A stretch of 64,000 nt of DNA from a virus. Position numbers and translations under genes: made by a program. The stretch lies in IMG/VR virus record IMGVR_UViG_3300043444_000400, positions 7,061-71,060 of that record, one strand, 5' to 3'. The first letter of the stretch is position 1, and every line of letters starts with the position of its first letter. A model generated the notes under the pieces. The model did not search any database and was not told where the DNA came from. It was given only the letters and a program-made list of their open reading frames with translations. Positions 35,139 to 45,594 of the stretch are shown here, in pieces.

Positions 35139-38100
35139 ATGACTTTTAATCTTTCTAATCCATTAACTCGTTATCCTGTAAATGCTCGTACTTATCGACG
35201 AATTGAGGACCGATGGGAGTTTCTAGAGCAAGACCAAAAGAAAAGACAACTTGATTTCACTCTTCGTATGGGAGAGTATACACAGGAACAAGAAGAACTT
35301 GTATCTGATTTCTTTAATAAGGAAATTTCTAATACTAGTGGACGTGTTTGGTGGGCAGCCGGTAGTAATAAAGAGAATGACCCGTTTGGTTATTATGCTT
35401 TCTATAACTGCTCAGGAACTATGTTTGTTAGTTTCTATGATTTTATTCGGTCTTTTAACAATCTATTTCTGGGTTGTGGACAAGGTGAGGTTATTCGAGA
35501 AGTTAATCTTAAGAAGCTTTCTAAAGTAGTAAATGTATTTAATCTTGAATTTACAGGTTATTTTGGTGAATACGGATTTGATAACCCTTCCTACACTGAA
35601 CACACTAAGTTATATCTAAGTGAAGACCAATCCTTAATCACTATTGAAGTTGGTGATAGTAGAGAAGGTTGGGCAAGTGCAACTAATGCATTGTTTGAGC
35701 TTTACACAAATGGAGCATACTTTTTAGAGGATAAAGATAAACTTGGTATCCCTTTACTTACGAATGTAACGAAAGAAAAATTACAAGAGGCTCTTCTTAA
35801 TGGGTACACCATCCATGTATGTCTAAGTTCTATTCGTCCTTACGGTACTCCCTGTAAAGGATTTGGTGGAATTGCTAATCCTGTATATACGGAAGAGTTC
35901 TTTACACGACTAACTAATATTCTTAACCGTGTAGCACTTACTGAATCCCAACAAATCAATACTTTAGATTGTGCTCTTATTAATAATGAGTTTGCAGCAT
36001 GGGCTGTAGCGGGAGGACAGCGACGAAGTGCAAAGATTGAACAGTTTGACTTTGATGACCCTACGGCTGATGCCAAGATGAATCTGTGGACTCAGCTTGA
36101 TGATGGGACTTGGGTAGCTGATGAAGAGAAGAAATCACTCAAGTTCTCTAACTTTACTAAGTTGTATTTTCATAAACCTACACTAGAAGAAGTAGAGAAT
36201 GCAGTTCGTACACAATTTATTTGTGGTGAAGGAGCTATTCAGTACGTACCCGTAGCTTTAGCACGAGCAAATGTTGATTTGTTTGAAAATGAAGATGCAA
36301 TTGTTAAAGTTAACGAAGCTGTAGATAATCAAATTAGTTTTGAAGAACTATTTAGTACAGCATATAAGGATAAGTTTGGTAAGGAAATTGATGAACGAGA
36401 GTTAACCCATAGAGTCAGTAGATATCAGCTTAACCCTTGTTTTGCTCCCGGTACTATTGTAATGACTCGTGAGGGCTACTTCCCTATTGAAACTCTCGTA
36501 GGTAAGGAAGTTGAAGTTTATGATGGTACAGAATGGCGTAAAGTAGATAACTTCCGTGTTACAGCTACCGACCAAGATGTTTATGATGTAGAACTTCATG
36601 ATGGGTCTATTATCACAGCAACCGCATACCATAAGTTTATTCTTGTTGATGGTACTGAAAAACAACTTAAAGACTTGGAAGTTGGTGATGAGTTAATGAC
36701 CACAGATATTCCTCCTGTAGAAGGTACTATTAAAGCTAAAGGAGCTTACCTTAAAGGTTTCCTTATTGGTGATGGTACTAGTTCAAATGGAAAAGGTGCC
36801 ATGTGTAAAATCTATGCACCAAAGATGGTCTGTCTTGACCGGCTATTTGCCTCCCAACGTGAAATGAATGGCCGTACAGGTAGTTATGAAGTTGGACTTA
36901 CACCTTCAGATCGTCTGAAAAGCCTAACTGCTGTAGAAGAAGACCTTAATCCTTGGTGTTACAAGTATAAGCATGAATTCCCTTACGAAGTTCTTAACTG
37001 GGACAACGAAAGTAAAGCTAATTTTATTGCAGGTTTGTTTGATGCTGATGGAACTGCTCAAGATAGCAATAGTGGTTTCCGTTATCAACTTACAAGTATC
37101 TCTCGTCCATTCTTAGAGGGTCTAGTCTTACTCCTCCGTACTCTAGGAATTAATTCTAAGATTGGGCCTGCTCGTAAAGGAGGTGTTAAGGATTTTGGTC
37201 CTGAAAGAGGAGGTTTGTGTAACTGTAAAGATACTTATCGGATTAGTCTAAGTCAAAAAGATTCCATTAAGCTTGGTCAATTGTGTACTTTTGAACGGCT
37301 TAAGGACTTAGGAGACAAAGCTACTCTTAATAGCTTTAAGAATAAGACAAACCAAGTTAAACAGATTTCTTTTAACAGTAATGCTCCTGAAGTCTATTGT
37401 TGTACTGTAGAAGGGACCAACAGATTCAGTATTCATGCGGGTTTGTTAGTGGGCAACTGTGGTGAAGTAGAAGGTAGTGACTTCATGTGCAACTTATCTT
37501 CTACCCACTTACGCCCTCTTATTAGAGAATTTATTGTTAACAAACTTAATGCTAGTGACTTAGCACCTCTAATGTATAAGGCTTTCTATGCTTCTGCTTT
37601 GATTATGACCCCATTGCTTAAGCATAAATTTCCTGATGAGAAATTTGCCTACTCACGAGAGATTGACCCTATTGTCCTTGCAAGCTTCACAGAGGGCTTT
37701 GAATTCTTCTCATGGCTATTCGGACCTAAGTGGTGTGAATGGTGGCTTGCTGCGCCTTCTGGATACGAATCAGACGATATTACATGTCCTCCAGAATTGT
37801 ATGGAAGACCTGATGAGTGGGTTCAAGAACATTATGATTTTAGTGAGGAAGAACATGAGCGAATTTCTTTCGTCACCTCTGTAGTTAAGACTATTCTGTC
37901 TAGTAAACCAGAAGTTAAAGAGCTACTTAAAAATGATGTAAGCTTTAATATTTTTGATACAATTGACTCCTTCTTATCTAATAAGAGTTGGGGTCTAGAT
38001 TTGGGTTGGATGTTCACTACTTATGAACGTATTATCCTTACCTATTGGAAATTAGCTGTACGAGATGGTGTATTTGATTATTGTGATGAACAAGGTCTAA

Positions 38101-38756
38101 AGCGCCCTAATCGTTATAGTGGGTTAAAGCCTGAAGGTTCTCAAACTCTTCTTACTGGATACACTAATAGCTGGGAACCCCCTAAAGCTGCTTACTATAT
38201 CCGTCGTATTACGATGGACCCTGCAACGGCTGTAGCTAAAGCATGTTATGACTTTGGTTATGAAGTAGTACCTGGACAAACTGATACCGATGAGAATGGT
38301 GTTCTTCTTAACGACCCATTTGACCCTCGTGTTAAGACTTGGCTCGTAGAAATTCCAATTCATGTAGACACAGTTCCTGATTGGTTTGATGGTAGTGAAG
38401 TTAGTGCATTAGCTCAATATAAGTTCTGGATGCAATGTCAGACCTACTATACGACTCATAATACGTCGAGTACGATTTTGCTTAAGGAGAATGAGGTTGA
38501 AACTCTAGCGGCTCAAATCTACGCTGATATTCATAACAACAAACCCTATATTTCTACAGCCCTACTTTCTCGTATGGGAGATACATTCCCTCGTCTACCC
38601 TATGAGAAGTGTACGAAAGAAGAATATGAGCGGCGTATGAATAAAATTGATACATCGATTGATTTCTACAAGTTAGTTGCTAAATATGATTCAGCTAAGG
38701 ACTCCTTTAGTGGCCCTAGTGGATGTGATAGTGACTTCTGTGAAATTAAGTTTTAA
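35139..38756 (+). CDS. nrdJ: class II (B12-dependent) ribonucleotide reductase, intein-containing
   Basis: SGRVWW, YNCS, GDSREGW, VAGGQRRSA, NP|CGE split by intein, KPEGS, C-terminal CDSDFC. Confidence 0.93.
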   Translation: MTFNLSNPLTRYPVNARTYRRIEDRWEFLEQDQKKRQLDFTLRMGEYTQEQEELVSDFFNKEISNTSGRVWWAAGSNKENDPFGYYAFYNCSGTMFVSFYDFIRSFNNLFLGCGQGEVIREVNLKKLSKVVNVFNLEFTGYFGEYGFDNPSYTEHTKLYLSEDQSLITIEVGDSREGWASATNALFELYTNGAYFLEDKDKLGIPLLTNVTKEKLQEALLNGYTIHVCLSSIRPYGTPCKGFGGIANPVYTEEFFTRLTNILNRVALTESQQINTLDCALINNEFAAWAVAGGQRRSAKIEQFDFDDPTADAKMNLWTQLDDGTWVADEEKKSLKFSNFTKLYFHKPTLEEVENAVRTQFICGEGAIQYVPVALARANVDLFENEDAIVKVNEAVDNQISFEELFSTAYKDKFGKEIDERELTHRVSRYQLNPCFAPGTIVMTREGYFPIETLVGKEVEVYDGTEWRKVDNFRVTATDQDVYDVELHDGSIITATAYHKFILVDGTEKQLKDLEVGDELMTTDIPPVEGTIKAKGAYLKGFLIGDGTSSNGKGAMCKIYAPKMVCLDRLFASQREMNGRTGSYEVGLTPSDRLKSLTAVEEDLNPWCYKYKHEFPYEVLNWDNESKANFIAGLFDADGTAQDSNSGFRYQLTSISRPFLEGLVLLLRTLGINSKIGPARKGGVKDFGPERGGLCNCKDTYRISLSQKDSIKLGQLCTFERLKDLGDKATLNSFKNKTNQVKQISFNSNAPEVYCCTVEGTNRFSIHAGLLVGNCGEVEGSDFMCNLSSTHLRPLIREFIVNKLNASDLAPLMYKAFYASALIMTPLLKHKFPDEKFAYSREIDPIVLASFTEGFEFFSWLFGPKWCEWWLAAPSGYESDDITCPPELYGRPDEWVQEHYDFSEEEHERISFVTSVVKTILSSKPEVKELLKNDVSFNIFDTIDSFLSNKSWGLDLGWMFTTYERIILTYWKLAVRDGVFDYCDEQGLKRPNRYSGLKPEGSQTLLTGYTNSWEPPKAAYYIRRITMDPATAVAKACYDFGYEVVPGQTDTDENGVLLNDPFDPRVKTWLVEIPIHVDTVPDWFDGSEVSALAQYKFWMQCQTYYTTHNTSSTILLKENEVETLAAQIYADIHNNKPYISTALLSRMGDTFPRLPYEKCTKEEYERRMNKIDTSIDFYKLVAKYDSAKDSFSGPSGCDSDFCEIKF
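36438..37457 (+). mobile_element. intein with LAGLIDADG homing endonuclease (340 aa)
   Basis: Starts CFAPGT after NP, ends LLVGN before CGE; LKGFLIGDG and IAGLFDADG motifs. Confidence 0.92.
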
Positions 38757-38769
38757 CCAATAGAATCCA

Positions 38770-38812
38770 ATATGTACCCTCTAGGAAGTACCCTCTTAGA
38801 GGGTATATTTTA
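38770..38812 (+). terminator. terminator after nrdJ
   Basis: TACCCTCTAGGA...TCTTAGAGGGTA followed by TATTTT. Confidence 0.75.
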
Positions 38813-38831
38813 TAGTTACAGGAAGGAATAA

Positions 38832-39180
38832 ATGACGACAACATTACAGACTTTGCATTACACAAAAGAGGGCTTGTCTATGCCTATTGCTACTATGACT
38901 GACCAGCATTTAGTAGCAACTATCAAGCTGAAATGTTCTCAAATTAAAAACCTACGCAAAGCCGACACCTCGACTATTCCTAATCACTTAAAGGTATTTG
39001 TTAAAGAGACTGCTATGACAGAGGAGCAGTTAGAAAAAGAAATGCTTAAGGAGACTGATAGACTTCTTCCTTACTTGTTTTTTTGCAATTCTTCGTCCAT
39101 CAATTAAAGATGACGTGATTAGTCTAGTTTATGACGCTCTTGGAGTAGTTGAACCTGAACCTGCGGAGACCTACTTTTAA
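38832..39180 (+). CDS. hypothetical protein with probable frameshift at a T7 run (39078-39084)
   Basis: Track ORF ends at 39107; removing one T extends it to TAA 39178-39180, overlapping the next ATG. Confidence 0.55.
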
Positions 39181-39578
39181 TGGTAAGAAAAATCTATGTC
39201 TGTGAAATTTGCCAAGAGGAATATGATACGGAGGAAGAAGCACTAGAGTGTGAAGCTCAAGGGTATATCCCCGCATTATTCCCTATTGGTACAGTACTAG
39301 AGTTACATGAGCGTTATCCTAAAGACTCTGATAATCCTTATGTAGAACGTACAATTGTTGAGATTGTAAAGGGTTATGTAGAGAATTACACTTGTTATCT
39401 AGGACGTAAGCCTGTACATGAACAGGGGTATATACTTGATGAGGAAATTCAGATTGGTAAAGAGCTATATGTAGGAGAAAATATTCCTCTATTAGACTCA
39501 CATATTAAATGGGTGGGTAAACATACAAATGAAGTAGACGCTTTTACCTACATTAAAACTAAAAACAATTTACCTTAG
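39180..39578 (+). CDS. hypothetical protein (N-terminal CxxC)
   Basis: YVCEICQEEYDTEEEALECE. Confidence 0.65.
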   Translation: MVRKIYVCEICQEEYDTEEEALECEAQGYIPALFPIGTVLELHERYPKDSDNPYVERTIVEIVKGYVENYTCYLGRKPVHEQGYILDEEIQIGKELYVGENIPLLDSHIKWVGKHTNEVDAFTYIKTKNNLP

Positions 39579-39586
39579 GAGTAGTT

Positions 39587-39997
39587 ATGCGAATTAAACA
39601 GATTGATGATACGGTTGTTTTTGATAACGGTGCGGTACTCTCTTATTTTCATGACCAGGATTGCTGTGAATATGTTGAAGCTGATTTCAGCTATTTGAAA
39701 GTTCCTAATTACCCTTATTCTATCTATGATGAGTACTTTGATGACGATTTAGTAATTAAGAAGGTGGATAATATAGGGTTCTGCCTAGTTGGAATTACAG
39801 GAAATAAATGGTTAGTCCCTTGTTATAATGTGCAGAATGGTTATTACAATGATGCTTTGGATTTGATTTTTGAAGCTCCCGGAAAAGAGAAAGTTGTTAT
39901 CGATGTTTCTGACTGCACTTCCGAAGAAGAGTATGATGACTCACAGGAGGCTCTGTTAAAAGAAGCTCTGGCCTTATTTCCGTTTGAAGAAGTATAA
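39587..39997 (+). CDS. phage hypothetical protein
   Basis: HDQDCCEYV...NGYY motif, recalled as common in phage ORFs. Confidence 0.7.
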   Translation: MRIKQIDDTVVFDNGAVLSYFHDQDCCEYVEADFSYLKVPNYPYSIYDEYFDDDLVIKKVDNIGFCLVGITGNKWLVPCYNVQNGYYNDALDLIFEAPGKEKVVIDVSDCTSEEEYDDSQEALLKEALALFPFEEV

Positions 39998-40027
39998 ACT
40001 GTAAATAATACTAAAGAGGATGATTCC

Positions 40028-40255
40028 ATGGACCAAGCACTTAAAGTTTTATTAGCACACAAGACACAGCAAGCTAAGAAGAAGGTCATTGCAATGCGTA
40101 ATGTTCTTAATGCTGTTGAATATACACCTCCTACACTCTATGTTGTAGAGGATAAGATGGTAGAAGTTACTGATGTTCAAGAACCTGTAAAACATCCTTT
40201 ACTTTCGTGGTCTGGAATTAAGGCACTTGTAGTAAAACTTATTTTAGCTAACTAA
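40028..40255 (+). CDS. hypothetical protein
   Basis: ORF track, GAGG SD. Confidence 0.6.
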   Translation: MDQALKVLLAHKTQQAKKKVIAMRNVLNAVEYTPPTLYVVEDKMVEVTDVQEPVKHPLLSWSGIKALVVKLILAN

Positions 40256-40265
40256 CAGAGGTAAA

Positions 40266-41078
40266 TTGATGGGGCTAGATACTGATTCTAGCCTTACTCG
40301 TATTCATACCGGATACAGTAAGGTTACAGCGAATGCAAAGATTTTAGGATGTTCTACTCTATTACGAGGAAATAAGATTGCTAAGTCTGACCCTGCATGT
40401 AAAGCTTATAGCAATACAGAATGGTTAAGAATTTGTGCATCTAAGTGTTTAAGTCTTCCTCTATTTAATGAATATGAGTATCTAAATCTCGATATTGACC
40501 AGCCTAACGTAACATATCTTCTTCATTGGGTTGAAGAGAATATTATTGGTTTAGGCTCATACCTCTTTAATAAAGGAAACACTGACCGATATCATTTTCC
40601 TGGTACGCTGTTATCTTTTCTCAACGAAAGAAAAGCTTACTATGAGGAAGAGTTCTATAAAGGTACAGGTAAACAAGGGATGAACTTCCCTATTGTTACA
40701 GACCCACAGTTACGTCAGCTAGATGAATTTAGAGTCTATGTTAGAGAACTAGAATCTAACTATGTACAGTGGTTAACTGATTCTCGTGTAGTTCTAGATT
40801 TATTCACTTCATTTAGTAAACCTTTAGACTCTCTTGTATTAGAGACTAGTGAAGTTGATGAAGTTAAGGATAATGAAGAACTTCATGTAGTTCTATACCG
40901 TACAGCTAGTATGATTAGGTCTCAGAAGATTCTTAATGACCTCAGTAACTTCTTCTGGTGGTATACTCAGTTTGCTTGGTTAAAGATGTACCCTCAATCA
41001 CCTATGAGGGAATGGACAAACACATATAACCCAGTGTTTGACCCAACTAAAAACAATACAGAGAATAAGAATGATTAA
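40266..41078 (+). CDS. divergent PduO-type cob(I)alamin adenosyltransferase-like protein
   Basis: STLLRGNKIAKSDPACKAYSNTEWL, RVYVRELE and ILNDLSNFFW parallel the PduO motifs TSLxxGxRVxKxxxRIEAYGTVDEL, RTVCRRAE and YLNRLSDxLF. Confidence 0.55.
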   Translation: MMGLDTDSSLTRIHTGYSKVTANAKILGCSTLLRGNKIAKSDPACKAYSNTEWLRICASKCLSLPLFNEYEYLNLDIDQPNVTYLLHWVEENIIGLGSYLFNKGNTDRYHFPGTLLSFLNERKAYYEEEFYKGTGKQGMNFPIVTDPQLRQLDEFRVYVRELESNYVQWLTDSRVVLDLFTSFSKPLDSLVLETSEVDEVKDNEELHVVLYRTASMIRSQKILNDLSNFFWWYTQFAWLKMYPQSPMREWTNTYNPVFDPTKNNTENKND

Positions 41079-41658
41079 TTTTACCTACGAACTAGTAACA
41101 GAAACAGCTAAGGTTCCTACTAAAGCACATGATAGTGATTATTGCTATGACGTATTTGCAAGTCTTACAGCGGGAAGAAAGCTAGAGTTTATTGTTGGGG
41201 ATAAACCTGATAATGCGGGAACTATGCATGTTGTTCCCTTTCGTGATAAAGATGACCAGTTATATATTGATATTGCTCCTAATCATCATGTACAGATTCC
41301 TTTGGGTTTCAAAGCTCAATTATCTCCCTGTACTGTGTATGTACCCTATAAGGTAACGCTTGATGATACCGAACTTTCCTATATGCCGGTAACTTTAGGG
41401 GCTAAGATGTATGTCCGGTCTAGTACAGCTATTATTAAGGGTTTACAGTTACAAAATAGTGTAGGTGTTATTGATTCCACTTATCCTAATGAGTGGATTA
41501 TGTGGGCACGAAATACGAGTACTCGTGTTATTCGTCTGTATGATGGGCATAAAGTAGCTCAAGTTGAATTTGGCTTCTCTCTAAATCCTAATTTTGTACA
41601 AGGTGAGGTTACGGTGAAAGACCGTACAGGTGGTTTTGGTTCTACGGGAACAGTATAA
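41071..41658 (+). CDS. dut: dUTPase (trimeric)
   Basis: YDV, RSS, GVIDSTY, VAQ, RTGGFGSTG. Confidence 0.92.
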   Translation: MINFTYELVTETAKVPTKAHDSDYCYDVFASLTAGRKLEFIVGDKPDNAGTMHVVPFRDKDDQLYIDIAPNHHVQIPLGFKAQLSPCTVYVPYKVTLDDTELSYMPVTLGAKMYVRSSTAIIKGLQLQNSVGVIDSTYPNEWIMWARNTSTRVIRLYDGHKVAQVEFGFSLNPNFVQGEVTVKDRTGGFGSTGTV

Positions 41659-41660
41659 AA

Positions 41661-41978
41661 ATGTCCTATCTCTGGTTAATTAAACAAGTTAATACACTTA
41701 ATAACCAGATGTTTGATGCCGTCCCACAGAGATATTCTGATAGAAAGAAATTTCTGTGGGATTGTTTATGCTTGCTCTATAGTGAGGGGTTAACAGAGAT
41801 TGAGAAAGAAAGAATCTTACAATCTGAGTATTATCCTTGTCTTAAGAAATTATTTCCTGGCATTAAAATTAGTTCTGCTTTATTAAGTGTCTCTATTCTT
41901 TCGTTTTCACATCCTAGACTTAAGCATGTTAAGTATTGGGATTGTAGAAGTAACAAAACAGCAAAGTGTGATTTGTGA
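41661..41978 (+). CDS. hypothetical protein
   Basis: ORF track. Confidence 0.6.
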   Translation: MSYLWLIKQVNTLNNQMFDAVPQRYSDRKKFLWDCLCLLYSEGLTEIEKERILQSEYYPCLKKLFPGIKISSALLSVSILSFSHPRLKHVKYWDCRSNKTAKCDL

Positions 41979-41981
41979 TAT

Positions 41982-42656
41982 ATGATTTATCTTTTTCTTG
42001 GTTTATCAGCATCAGGGAAGACTACGGCGGCAAACCTACTTGATAAAATGTGTAAGCATGACTTAGTTTGTGCTGTTCTAGAAATTATCCACCCTTTTGA
42101 TGAAGGAAAACGATTTCTAGAAAAAGTATATGGGTTACAGCTAGGGTTCTTAGATGACCAAAATAAGAAACATCAACTTGTATTAGGTTTAGATGGTATG
42201 CCTATGATATGGAATGATGGCCATAGTCCTACTTATCAAGACTTAATGGTTAAAGAGTATTTGTTTCGTGAAGAAGTAGACCCATTCTTTTCTAGTAGAT
42301 ATTTGAAACGTAAACTAGAGGCATACTTTAAGGTTAAGGATTACGGTGTTAATCATTTAGCTATTCACGGAGTACGAAAGAAAGAAGAGGTTGAACTTCT
42401 TGTTGATTTTAATAACTTTGATGCAAACTATAGTGGTTATTACAAGAATGAAGTAGAAGTATTATATTTCACTAGAGATACGGAATACGCTAAACCTAGT
42501 GATATTAATCTTCAAGATAATCTGAAATACCTTAAGGATAATGGTATTAAGGTGTATGAGATTGAGAATAACTTTACAACAGAAGATGAACTTAAGCATT
42601 ACTTAGGTCATCTGTTATTTCCTAAGCGGGATTTTCTAAAAGAGAGTCGAGTCTAA
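41982..42656 (+). CDS. deoxynucleoside monophosphate kinase-like P-loop protein
   Basis: GLSASGKTTAA, GVR..E, IENN. Confidence 0.7.
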   Translation: MIYLFLGLSASGKTTAANLLDKMCKHDLVCAVLEIIHPFDEGKRFLEKVYGLQLGFLDDQNKKHQLVLGLDGMPMIWNDGHSPTYQDLMVKEYLFREEVDPFFSSRYLKRKLEAYFKVKDYGVNHLAIHGVRKKEEVELLVDFNNFDANYSGYYKNEVEVLYFTRDTEYAKPSDINLQDNLKYLKDNGIKVYEIENNFTTEDELKHYLGHLLFPKRDFLKESRV

Positions 42657-42862
42657 GAATATAGTCAAGATGATGAGGGCAAAGTATTTGTTTATAGTCT
42701 TTTTCTAAAGTCTTAAGCTTAATATGTTTTGTACTCCCTTGACTATCAATTAGAAATACTCTAGTTTCACAACTGTTAGACAATAGGCTTCTGGTCTCTA
42801 CTATATCTTGTAGAAACCAGAGCTTATTATTCTTGTCAATAAATGTAGTTTCGTTATCCATT

Positions 42863-43684
42863 ATGACTTTCAAATTACCTTCCCTCCCTGTATTTGATTT
42901 ATCTTTAGTATTTTATGTTGATTCTAACACAAAGGAATTCGTTAAGCCTAAGAATCACATTTTCCCTAATGCTTACTGGATTAGCTCTGAGATTACCGAT
43001 GAAAATCAACATCTCTTTTTAGGATTTAATAAAGAAGAAATTGGAAATTGGGTTAGTAACGACTATGAGCTTAAAGCCAGTATTAACTCTAGACTTAGAG
43101 ATGGCGGAGGCTTATACTTAAGCTTTAGCAAATACCCAGAATATTACTATCCTTATCTTCATATTGCTACTGACTTATTCATTGTTGAATTACAAGAGTC
43201 AGAGTATGAAGAGAAGTATCATTATACTTCTATGCCTTATGTAGATAACACCTTTATCCTTAAGGATGCGGAAGAACATTTTAATTTATTTCCAGACCAC
43301 CCTAATATTAGTGATTATACGAATGTTACGTATTATCAGAACATTAATTACACTTATGATGACTCTACTTCTCTTCTAGCTCCTACTATTCCTAAAGTTT
43401 TAGACTTAGAACTAACTAAGAAGTGTTTAGTTCTACAAGTTGATAATCTTACCCACTTATATGTGAATAATACTTTGTGTGGTACTAAGATTAACGATGT
43501 TTGGTTCTTTATCTATGGTAGTGATATTCTTCAGTCCTCTTGTGTAAGAGACTTCAATAAACTAACGAAAGATAATGGCTATATGACTGTGCGTAGTGAA
43601 TTTGAATTACTAGATAGAGAGATTCCTAATCAACAAGCTAATATTCTACGTAGCTATCTGTTAGCTATTTTACAAGTTCTATAG
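42863..43684 (+). CDS. hypothetical protein
   Basis: ORF track; start set at MTFKLP. Confidence 0.65.
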   Translation: MTFKLPSLPVFDLSLVFYVDSNTKEFVKPKNHIFPNAYWISSEITDENQHLFLGFNKEEIGNWVSNDYELKASINSRLRDGGGLYLSFSKYPEYYYPYLHIATDLFIVELQESEYEEKYHYTSMPYVDNTFILKDAEEHFNLFPDHPNISDYTNVTYYQNINYTYDDSTSLLAPTIPKVLDLELTKKCLVLQVDNLTHLYVNNTLCGTKINDVWFFIYGSDILQSSCVRDFNKLTKDNGYMTVRSEFELLDREIPNQQANILRSYLLAILQVL

Positions 43685-43709
43685 TGAGATATTTTAGTTA
43701 AGAGGTCAT

Positions 43710-44777
43710 ATGTTCTTAAGTGTTCTAGATACAAAGGTCTTTGTTAGTCAGATTAAGCTACTTAATCATTGCAAAGAGGATAAATTATTTCTTTCGTTCT
43801 ATCCTGATAAGTTTGTCTTTGGTAATAACACATTATGTTTTATTTATTATCAGGACAATACTAATGGTGTTCTTGATAACACTTACGAATCTTGTACCTT
43901 TATCCTTGATAGCCAGATGCTAATTAAGGCTAAGGATACTAAAACTCCTAAAGGTAATTCTTATCTATTTGTAGATGAAGAGACCTTACAAGGAGGCTTA
44001 TATGTTGAGTGTCAAGGTACAGGGTATCAGTTAGCATTAGAGACTATAGAGAATACAGAGATAACAATTACCAACATTTCTTCTGAGAGTAGTAAGATTA
44101 TCCTTTCTCCTCAAGCTCTAACTAATCTGTATAACCTTAGTCGTAATTATGGTAAGGCTTATCTAACTTCTTCCTATTTAGTAGGTTTCTCTGATATAGC
44201 TTGTGGCTTTTCTAAATTAGGACTAGCAGATGAAGAGTTCTGTTATTCCTTTGAACTTAAAGCTTCTCTAATTAATGGACTGAATAAGCTTACAGACTTC
44301 TTTTTTCTTTCGTTAGAAGATAATGTTAAATTCTTTGATAACATTGAACGTCCAAGTTTTATCTTTATCAATGGTGTACAAGATAGTTTGGATGAGACAC
44401 AAAAGCTTATCTTAGAGTTATTTAACAGTATTGAACAATGTACGAAAGTTGAACTTGGTTCAGGTAAAGAATTCTATAGTATTATCAATACGGCTAAGTC
44501 TTTCTCTGATACTCTAGTTCTTACCGAGACTGGGAGTATTGGGTATATTCAAGATAGCCAAGTTATTGAATATGCCAATATTGATATAGTACTTGAGCGG
44601 GATTTGTATTTTAGTCAAAAAGAATTAGATAAGTGTCTGTATAACTTTAAGGCAAGTAAAGCCTTATCTATGTATTACGATTCTTTGGTATTCTTTAGTG
44701 CTGATAATAACTCACATTATGAGGTTATAATACCTTACAGAGTTATTAATATACATAATGAGAATACTGGGAATTGA
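43710..44777 (+). CDS. hypothetical protein, possible divergent beta sliding clamp
   Basis: 355 aa, acidic, near its end YEVIIPYR like DnaN Y(V/L)xMPxR; replication context. Confidence 0.35.
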   Translation: MFLSVLDTKVFVSQIKLLNHCKEDKLFLSFYPDKFVFGNNTLCFIYYQDNTNGVLDNTYESCTFILDSQMLIKAKDTKTPKGNSYLFVDEETLQGGLYVECQGTGYQLALETIENTEITITNISSESSKIILSPQALTNLYNLSRNYGKAYLTSSYLVGFSDIACGFSKLGLADEEFCYSFELKASLINGLNKLTDFFFLSLEDNVKFFDNIERPSFIFINGVQDSLDETQKLILELFNSIEQCTKVELGSGKEFYSIINTAKSFSDTLVLTETGSIGYIQDSQVIEYANIDIVLERDLYFSQKELDKCLYNFKASKALSMYYDSLVFFSADNNSHYEVIIPYRVINIHNENTGN

Positions 44778-45201
44778 TATAGGTACTGTGAATCTAGGGT
44801 TTGCTGTACTAGAGTTATCTAATAAAGAACTTATACACTCTAGTACGGTTAAGCTTGATAATAAAACATCATTAGGGGATAGATTAGTTAAGTTAGAATC
44901 TATCTTTAAGACTTATATAGATAAGAACAAAGTTAATGGTGTGATTATAGAAAAGCCTAATATACCTAAGGTTAACCTCTATTATCCTTGTGGCTTATTC
45001 TGTTACCTTAGTGCTAAGTCTAAATTAGAGTATCAAGAAGTTGGACCTACACAAGTTAAGAAGTTAGTTTGTGGTAACGGTAAAGCAACGAAAGAAGAAT
45101 TAGAAGACTCAATCAGATTATCAGTAAATAACATTCCCTCTGTATTTAGTAGTAATCATGAAAGTGACTCTGTAGGAATTGCACTATGTTGGAAGATTTA
45201 A
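44758..45201 (+). CDS. ruvC: RuvC Holliday junction resolvase
   Basis: ILGIDIG, IIEKP, PTQVKKLVCGNGKATKEE, HESDSVGIA. Confidence 0.92.
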   Translation: MRILGIDIGTVNLGFAVLELSNKELIHSSTVKLDNKTSLGDRLVKLESIFKTYIDKNKVNGVIIEKPNIPKVNLYYPCGLFCYLSAKSKLEYQEVGPTQVKKLVCGNGKATKEELEDSIRLSVNNIPSVFSSNHESDSVGIALCWKI

Positions 45202-45594
45202 TAATGCAACATCTGTATTTGTAGTTTTAAGTAAAGATGCAACTAAACCCTGGGAATTAGGATTATGTGAACCTTATTATGAACTAGAGACAGAAGCTGA
45301 AGAGATGTGTAAGCAACTAAATCTTACAGCAGATAAGACTATAGCTCCTTATTTTGTCGGCACTAAATTACTTTACGATTTTTAATATGACTTGGAAACC
45401 TGGAAACCCTGACATTGTTTGGTTTATTTCTAAAAAGTATAAATTTCCAACACCAATAGGTGAATATTATTGGAAAGACTTAGGTATTGGGGATGAATAT
45501 ACTGACTACTTTGATGATTATGATAAGGCTAAAGAAATTTTAGATTTCTTTATTAGAGAAGGTTATTATGTTGAGGTTTTACCCGGTTTGAAAG

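Noticed and set aside
42622-42873. - strand 83-aa ORF between the kinase and 42863
   Set aside because: It fills a gap and may be real, but it has no motif and overlaps both neighbours, so it was not listed as a feature.
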